Below, one piece after another: positions 58,428 to 64,000 of a stretch of DNA of 64,000 bases. The stretch is from Gemmatimonadota bacterium (lineage in GTDB: Bacteria; 4572-55; J002), in contig RFFQ01000095.1 in the NCBI GenBank assembly GCA_003697105.1, forward strand, positions 3,388 through 67,387, read 5' to 3'. Position 1 is the stretch's first letter; each line of letters begins with the position of its first letter. Made by a program: the position numbers and the translations under genes. A model generated the notes under the pieces. That model was not told where the DNA came from, did not search any database, and saw only the letters and a program-made list of their open reading frames with translations.

Positions 58428-59336
58428 TTAATTGACAATCAATATATGGAGATCACCGACATTGGTATGGGTAGCACCGGTTTTCAGCAAAAAACCTGTT
58501 TGTTGGAAAAAGCGATAACTGTCGTTGTTCCGTAGATAATGGCTTGGATTTAGGTTTAAGGCAAGGCTTTTTTCCAGCACCGGTTGCGCCGCAAATGCGC
58601 CGGCGGCATCAGTTAGCCCATCGATGCCATCCGTTGCGGCAGAAAGGAAGTATATCCCATCATTGCCGTGAGGTGTTTGGCGGAGTTCATTTACAAATGA
58701 TAACGCCAGTTCCTGATTTCGCCCACCTTTACCGTGACCCCGCAACGTCACGGTCGTTTCGCCCCCGGCAATCACGCACGCGGGCTTCGGGATGGGGTGG
58801 TCATGTTGTTGGATTTCCCGCGCAATCCCCACAAACATTTTGGCGACTTCTCGTGCTTCTCCGGTAATCTGTGAGGAAAGAATCAAGGTGTGATACCCCA
58901 ATTGTTTTGCCTGTTCTGCGGCAGCGACAACACTTTGATGGTTTGACCCGAGCAAAAGATTGTGCGTCGCCTTAAATATAGGATTATCCGCCGTAGGGGT
59001 TTCGGGAAGATGCCCTGCCGCACCCTCCCGCAAAACCGAAATGACCGTTGGTGGCAGTTGATCGAGAACATCGTAGTATTGCAAAATCTGAAGTGCTTCT
59101 TCAAATGTGCTTTCATCAGGAACCGTCATCCCAGAAGCGATTGTCTCCAGTTGATCGCCCACCACATCGGAAAGAATCAGGTTGATCGAGGTCGCCGGGT
59201 AGAGCCATTGGGCCAATTGACCCCCTTTAATCTGGGAAAGATGCTTGCGCACACAGTTCAGTTCATGAATCGTCGCACCACATGCCAGTAACGTTCGGGT
59301 AACCGCTTGAAGATCGGCAAGCGTGAGCGTGGGCAT
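58428..59336 (-). pseudogene. Glycerate 2-kinase (GckA/MOFRL family), N-terminally truncated
   Basis: 'CGATIHELNCVRKHLSQIKGG', 'SDVVGD', 'VIAGGETTVT..GKGGRNQELAL' and 'DGIDG' are all present. In full-length homologues the first of these sits at about residue 150. Here about 120 N-terminal residues, including the 'VGKAA' loop, are missing. The upstream space is occupied by the intact 3' end of the acs gene. Confidence 0.55.
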
Positions 59337-59352
59337 GATTCCTCCGAGAGTA

Positions 59353-61410
59353 TCATTTTTCCACATGAATGCGTGCATCAACGGCGATAACCTGTTCACC
59401 GGTGCCAAGCAACGGATTTATATCCAGTTCGGTGATCTCTGGAGCTACTTGTAACAATGCGGAGAGATGCACAATGACCTCTGCGAACCGGTCTTCATCA
59501 ATGCCACGTTGTCCCCGGACCCCTTGAATCAATTTGTAACCTTTTAACCGGCGGATCATTTCGTGTGCTTCTGGCATACCCAGTGGTGCTAAACCGGCCA
59601 TGACATCTTTCCATACTTCGATGTAAATCCCGCCTAAGCCGCACAAAATCAGGTGTCCAAAAGGGGGTTCTTTTTTCGCACCGGCGAACAATTCCATGCC
59701 GGTGAGCATCGGTTGGATCAGTACCGCCGTTGCCCCGTTAATACGCATCAATCGATCAAATTGGGAGATGACCCCAGCACGATTGGTTACATTGAGCGCA
59801 ATACCGCCTACATCGGATTTATGCACGGGTCCGACCACCTTCATCACCACCGGAAAGCCGAAGGTTTCCGCCTGTTCAAGCGCGTCTTCAATGCGGTTCA
59901 CCACCGCTTCCCTCACGCGGGGAATACCGGCGGCATCCAATAGCCCTTGCACTTCCGCGGGCGGTAAATAACCGGATTTTGCTCTCTCGATAATTGCCCG
60001 AATTGTTGCCGTATCGATGTCCGGTAATTGGGGTGAACCTATTGCCGGTGCAGGGGTGTGGTACACTTTTGCCAGCGCTCGCCCCAAGGCGACCTCATCC
60101 GGGCAGTTGACCCGTCCCAAACTCAGGAAATACTCCACCTCTTTTGCCGCGGTCACAATAGAAGGCAGTACGGGATAAATCGGTTTTTGGCAACAATTCA
60201 TTTTATCATTAAGAACCGTGTACACCTCGGTGATGTCGAACAGACCGGGTGTGCCAAAGATGACCACCATCGCATCAATGTTAGCAAATTTTTGGTCAAC
60301 ATAATCGATGATAGTTCCCAGTTGTTCCGCGGTGCCGGTAGCCAAAAAATCGATGGGATTTCCCACCGCCGAGCCGGGATAAAGCTTGGTAAGCAGTTCG
60401 TCTGCCGCTTCACCGGTAATCGGAGGGACGTTCAACCCCCCTTCAGAGAGGGCGTCCGCCAGCATAACCCCGGGACCACCGGCGTGGGTGATGATGGCAA
60501 TGTTCTTTCCGGTTAGTGGTTTATAGCAAAAAATTCCGGCAACCGTGATCAGTTCTTCCCGGCTATGGCAGCGCACAATACCGGCTTTACGGAAAAGGGC
60601 TTCTGTGGCGGTGTCGGAGCTTGCCAGTGCGCCTGTATGGGAGGATGCCGCCCGTATCCCCGCTTCAGATGCTCCCGCTTTAAGCCCTACAATCCGGCAT
60701 CCCTTCCGAATTAAACTGGAGGCATGTTTTAACAGCTGATCCGGTTTATCAATTTTTTCCAAATAAATCATTTTCACGCGGGAGCTGGTTTCCGGATCGA
60801 AATGTTCATCCCAATATTGAAGCACATCTTCTACGCCGATGTGGGCACTGTTGCCCACCGACCACATGCTTGAAAATGTCAATCCCCGCGGAATTCCGGC
60901 TTCCATGATGAATGCCGCCGTTGCGCCCGAGCCGCTGACAAAATCGACACCCTCCGGCGCAAGTTTCGGAATTGGTCCCCCGAAGGTACCATGATAATGC
61001 GTGGTGAGCACACCCATGCAGTTGGGTCCAATCAGTGCCCCACCAGCGTTGCGAACAATATCCACCAGTTGATTTTCCAAAGCGCGACCGGCCGCATTGA
61101 CTTCACTGAATCCCGCCGACAAAACAATAAAGCCTTTTGTGTTTTTTTCCTGTGCAAGACATGTTACGGTAGGCACAACAAACTTCGCTGGTATCGAAAT
61201 AATTGCGAGATCGACCGCCGGTAAGTCTTGTAGATTCTGGGTGCATGGAATGCCTTGCACCTCCGTTTCTTTGGGATTGACCACGTATAATTGACCTTGA
61301 AAATGTCCCTCAATAAGATTTTTAAGCACCTTACCACCCGGTTTTGTCACATCATTAGAGCCGCCGACGACGACGATACTTTGGGGATGGATAAGCTCCT
61401 GAACTAACAT
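59353..61410 (-). CDS. Acetate--CoA ligase (ADP-forming), fused alpha/beta (CoA-binding + ATP-grasp)
   Basis: 'SIVVVGGSNDVTKPGGKVLKNL' is the CoA-binding domain. It also has a succinyl-CoA-synthetase-like flavodoxin domain and a C-terminal ATP-grasp. Confidence 0.85.
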   Translation of the reverse strand: MLVQELIHPQSIVVVGGSNDVTKPGGKVLKNLIEGHFQGQLYVVNPKETEVQGIPCTQNLQDLPAVDLAIISIPAKFVVPTVTCLAQEKNTKGFIVLSAGFSEVNAAGRALENQLVDIVRNAGGALIGPNCMGVLTTHYHGTFGGPIPKLAPEGVDFVSGSGATAAFIMEAGIPRGLTFSSMWSVGNSAHIGVEDVLQYWDEHFDPETSSRVKMIYLEKIDKPDQLLKHASSLIRKGCRIVGLKAGASEAGIRAASSHTGALASSDTATEALFRKAGIVRCHSREELITVAGIFCYKPLTGKNIAIITHAGGPGVMLADALSEGGLNVPPITGEAADELLTKLYPGSAVGNPIDFLATGTAEQLGTIIDYVDQKFANIDAMVVIFGTPGLFDITEVYTVLNDKMNCCQKPIYPVLPSIVTAAKEVEYFLSLGRVNCPDEVALGRALAKVYHTPAPAIGSPQLPDIDTATIRAIIERAKSGYLPPAEVQGLLDAAGIPRVREAVVNRIEDALEQAETFGFPVVMKVVGPVHKSDVGGIALNVTNRAGVISQFDRLMRINGATAVLIQPMLTGMELFAGAKKEPPFGHLILCGLGGIYIEVWKDVMAGLAPLGMPEAHEMIRRLKGYKLIQGVRGQRGIDEDRFAEVIVHLSALLQVAPEITELDINPLLGTGEQVIAVDARIHVEK

Positions 61411-61671
61411 AATTGCTCCTTATAGTCCTTTCGATTGAAATCGGTTCACCACGTTATCTGATATGCGGTTTTGGTCTGTTATTAAAATGTAACGGATTGA
61501 ATATGAAATTATTATGCTGGATATACCGGTATATTTTTTATATTTTTTTGAAGGTTTTCTCCACCGAACATCTCATGACCTTTTCGCCACGGATCCGGAC
61601 TGGAGTGAGGGTAGGGTGACGTTACCCGCCAGAGCGATGTTTCTCCGGCGGGCGAAATGCGGTTGCCGGTA

Positions 61672-61974
61672 CTATTCCAATAGTTCCCGTACATCTTGGA
61701 TATAGTCCGGGTAGGGGATAAGAGTCCAACTCTCGGCTTTTTGGGCACCCAAAGACATGGAAATCATGGAGACTTTGGCGGCGGTTTTTTCATCGGGTGC
61801 TTCATACAGACTCACAAAGTCATAGGGTCCTAGCACAAAATAATGGCTCAAAAATTTTACCTTGGGGCACTTTTTCTCCACCGCACTTTTCCAGCAGTGG
61901 GCATTTTTCTCCACTTTGCTCAAATCGCTCATACTTTCGGGCGAGAGCTTCGTGAGTAACATGTAAATAGCCAT
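61672..61974 (-). CDS. GYD domain protein
   Basis: 'MAIYMLLTKLSPESMSDL ... HYFVLGPYDFVSLYEAPDEKTAAKVSM'. AGGAGG RBS. The longer track ORF is a spurious 5' extension. Confidence 0.7.
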   Translation of the reverse strand: MAIYMLLTKLSPESMSDLSKVEKNAHCWKSAVEKKCPKVKFLSHYFVLGPYDFVSLYEAPDEKTAAKVSMISMSLGAQKAESWTLIPYPDYIQDVRELLE

Positions 61975-62071
61975 GACGAACCTCCTTTGATGGAATGAAC
62001 GCAAAACCCGGTATTGTTGGTACGGTACCAACGTCTTTGCCATTAAAACATAAACCGACCGATAAGTCAAC

Positions 62072-62725
62072 TTATTTCTCCGGGCAATTTTTCCGATTCC
62101 ACCAGAAGCGCAAAAAAAACATTCCACTGATGGTAAAGGCACTGATAAGCGAAATGGGAGGTAATTTGCCAGGCCAATGCGCGATCCCAATCCAGCCCGA
62201 CAGACCCATGATCGTCACATGGATAAGGGTAAGAAGCAACCCCCACAAACTGAGACGCTGCCATTGTTTCCACTGCGCGGTTGTCAAGCGGTCTTGAATC
62301 GAGGGTAGTGACGTAAGGGCGACAAGTGCCAGCAGAAAAAATCCCAGAAGACCGCTCAATAACATCCACTCACTGGATGCGCTAAACGGAGGATAGTTTC
62401 CGGCTTCAAAAAATTGAGGGTAGTATGCGGGTTTCAGCAGAATTATCGAGATGATGAGGTGCAGTACGGTCAAAGCGAAACCATTAAACGCCAAGGACTT
62501 GCGGATGTGGCGGGTAGATTCTGACACCACGTGCTGGCCGGTAAACGGACGAGCTAACAAGGCGCCACACAGCAACATCACTGCTGTCCACGAAATTGAT
62601 TTGTTGAGCGTGTATAGCGGGAAATGCGACCATTCCACCCCTTTAAATATATGATAGCGTAGAACGGCATAAACGGTCGTCAATAACAGAAGTCCGCCGG
62701 TGATGCGGTACGGGGTGCGGGTCAT
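62072..62725 (-). CDS. Six-TM ferric-reductase-like / MsrQ-like heme-binding membrane protein
   Basis: Six TM helices with conserved His in TM helices ('LTVLHLIISI', 'LTLIHVTIMG'). Confidence 0.5.
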   Translation of the reverse strand: MTRTPYRITGGLLLLTTVYAVLRYHIFKGVEWSHFPLYTLNKSISWTAVMLLCGALLARPFTGQHVVSESTRHIRKSLAFNGFALTVLHLIISIILLKPAYYPQFFEAGNYPPFSASSEWMLLSGLLGFFLLALVALTSLPSIQDRLTTAQWKQWQRLSLWGLLLTLIHVTIMGLSGWIGIAHWPGKLPPISLISAFTISGMFFLRFWWNRKNCPEK

Positions 62726-63849
62726 TGGAGGGATGGTATTACCGATTTAAGGTGTGCCAATGCGTGTTCGATTTCGTGCCGGGTGGTGAATCGACCCATA
62801 GAAAAGCGAATTGTACCTAAGGCATATTCCTGAGGGACACCCATCGCGGCTAACGTCCCGGAAATGTGGATGTTATCTGCATGACAAGCCGCTCCGGCAG
62901 ATGCGGCGACCCCCTCCAATCGGGCTAAAATCTCTTGGGCAATGCACTGCTTAAAACTGACCGAACTTGTGTTCGGCAATCGCTGTTCCGGGTGACCATT
63001 GACGCGAATTTGATCACCAAAATACTGTTGAAGATCATGCTCAAAATAATCACGTAATTCACGCAAATGAGTTTGGGATTCGGGTAAGTGTTGCCGTGCC
63101 AACAGGCAGGCGTGCCCGAAGCCCACAATATGGATCACATTTTCCGTACCTGCCCGCCGGTTACCCTCGTGGGATGCCCCGTGGATTAGCTTTTCCGGCG
63201 TGATACCGGATCGGATATACAACGCACCAATACCTTTAGGGGCGTAAAGTTTGTGTCCGGCAACGGAGAGCAGGTCAACCCCTAAATCCGTCACATGAAC
63301 CGGGATTTTTCCGGTGGACTGGGCGGCATCTGTGTGGATAATAACCCCGTGTTGATGCGCAATTTCGGCAATTTCCCGTATCGGTTGAACCGTCCCGACC
63401 TCATTATTCGCGTGCATAATGCTGATCAACGTGGTCTCCGGACGGATCGCCTGCTCCACCTGATTTGGATCGACCTGCCCGAACTCATTTACGGGTAAGT
63501 AGGTGACCTCGAACCCATCCGATTCCAGATACCGGCAGACTTCCATCACTGCCGGATGTTCTATCTGTGAGGTTATGATATGGTTGCCGCGTTTGTGATG
63601 TGCCCACGCGATACCCTTGATGGCGTAATTATTGGACTCTGAGCCGCCGCTGGTGAATACTATCTCATCCGGTTGGCAATTGAGCAATGCCGCCACGTGT
63701 TGGCGCGCATGTTCCACTGCGGTTTTGGTCGTTTTACCAAATTGATGCGGGCTGGAAGGATTTCCGAAATGCTCGTGGATAAAGGGGAGCATTGCCGCAG
63801 CAACTTCCGGATCAATGGGTGTGGTGGCGTTGTAGTCAAGGTAGATCAT
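62722..63849 (-). CDS. Cysteine desulfurase (NifS/IscS family, class V aminotransferase)
   Basis: 'SVAGHKLYAPKGIGALY' is the PLP-Lys motif, and 'SAGAACH' holds the active-site Cys. Confidence 0.9.
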   Translation of the reverse strand: MIYLDYNATTPIDPEVAAAMLPFIHEHFGNPSSPHQFGKTTKTAVEHARQHVAALLNCQPDEIVFTSGGSESNNYAIKGIAWAHHKRGNHIITSQIEHPAVMEVCRYLESDGFEVTYLPVNEFGQVDPNQVEQAIRPETTLISIMHANNEVGTVQPIREIAEIAHQHGVIIHTDAAQSTGKIPVHVTDLGVDLLSVAGHKLYAPKGIGALYIRSGITPEKLIHGASHEGNRRAGTENVIHIVGFGHACLLARQHLPESQTHLRELRDYFEHDLQQYFGDQIRVNGHPEQRLPNTSSVSFKQCIAQEILARLEGVAASAGAACHADNIHISGTLAAMGVPQEYALGTIRFSMGRFTTRHEIEHALAHLKSVIPSLQ

Positions 63850-63910
63850 GATTTATTTGCTTTATGGGATCACGTCCTGTGCAATCTTCCCGGTTGGGGG
63901 TCTCCCTTAC

Positions 63911-63951
63911 AAAAACGGAGAGGTGTCATATTATGGCAACATGACACCTCT
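63911..63951 (-). terminator. Intrinsic terminator of an upstream minus-strand gene that lies off the window
   Basis: Perfect 11-bp stem AGAGGTGTCAT(63919-29)/ATGACACCTCT(63941-51). On the minus strand it is followed by CCGUUUUU. Confidence 0.5.
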
Positions 63952-64000
63952 AACCTACAGGTAGATTACTTGTTCTTTTGATAAAAAGTTTCCATGAAAT

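Noticed and set aside
61672-62190. 172-aa track ORF for the GYD protein
   Set aside because: The N-terminal 72 residues overlap the 3' end of the upstream membrane-protein gene and lack homology. The GYD domain starts at the ATG at 61974, which has an AGGAGG RBS.
1-64000. Screen for CRISPR arrays, tRNA/rRNA genes, IS elements, integrases and phage genes
   Set aside because: I found no direct-repeat arrays, no T-loop (GGTTCGANTCC) signatures in any intergenic region of 100 bp or more, and no transposase or integrase motifs. The window appears to be core chromosome plus accessory biosynthetic and envelope loci, not a mobile element.

Overview
The window is 64 kb of bacterial chromosome, about 50% GC, and is gene-dense. 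For the first ~53 kb nearly every gene lies on the minus strand. The gene content suggests a diderm, non-proteobacterial lineage: RNase Y, several PorV/PorQ-family outer-membrane barrels and many TPR proteins are present. I found no transposase, integrase, CRISPR array, rRNA or tRNA.

The six-frame track accepts TTG/GTG starts and omits ORFs that run off the window edge, so several starts were re-derived by hand.

In order along the window:
- An off-edge membrane sensor with two GAF domains and a degenerate GGDEF motif (SGDQF).
- A long minus-strand glycoconjugate locus (2.2-16.6 kb). It carries two GT4s, a GT21-like GT2, a Wzx-like flippase, a sulfotransferase, two methyltransferases, an amidohydrolase, an ATP-grasp protein, a metallophosphoesterase and pdxJ. 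One divergently transcribed radical-SAM/SPASM enzyme is the only plus-strand gene in this stretch.
- An envelope module (16.6-28.5 kb): a 2,770-aa TolB-propeller/TPR protein with two CHAT-like domains that lack the catalytic Cys, an Ig-like lipoprotein, a PorV/PorQ-like barrel, and a second PorV-like barrel fused to a YbgF/CpoB-like TPR domain.
- A housekeeping block: nfi, an MBL hydrolase, rny, a candidate 6S RNA just downstream of zapA (the synteny seen in E. coli), zapB-like, zapA, pheT, pheS, rplT, rpmI and infC. infC has a non-AUG start and its own sigma70 promoter.
- A sugar ABC binding protein, a cNMP-binding protein, and a nucleotide-transporter-like permease fused to HEAT repeats.
- radA, a DUF2723 (TMEM260-like) membrane glycosyltransferase with TPRs, a methyltransferase, and a flippase-like UPF0104 protein.
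- A protein with two non-canonical class III cyclase-homology domains plus TPRs.
- A secreted S8 peptidase with a C-terminal dockerin, then a SWIM zinc-finger protein.
- An acyl-CoA carboxyltransferase beta subunit and a kynA-kynU pair.
- A cold-shock protein, a DUF3467 protein, an N-terminally truncated glycerate kinase, ADP-forming acetyl-CoA synthetase, a GYD protein, an MsrQ-like membrane protein and a NifS-type cysteine desulfurase.

The most notable candidates are the sulfotransferase/radical-SAM glycan locus, the TolB/pseudo-CHAT giant protein with PorV-fusion proteins, and the 6S RNA candidate.
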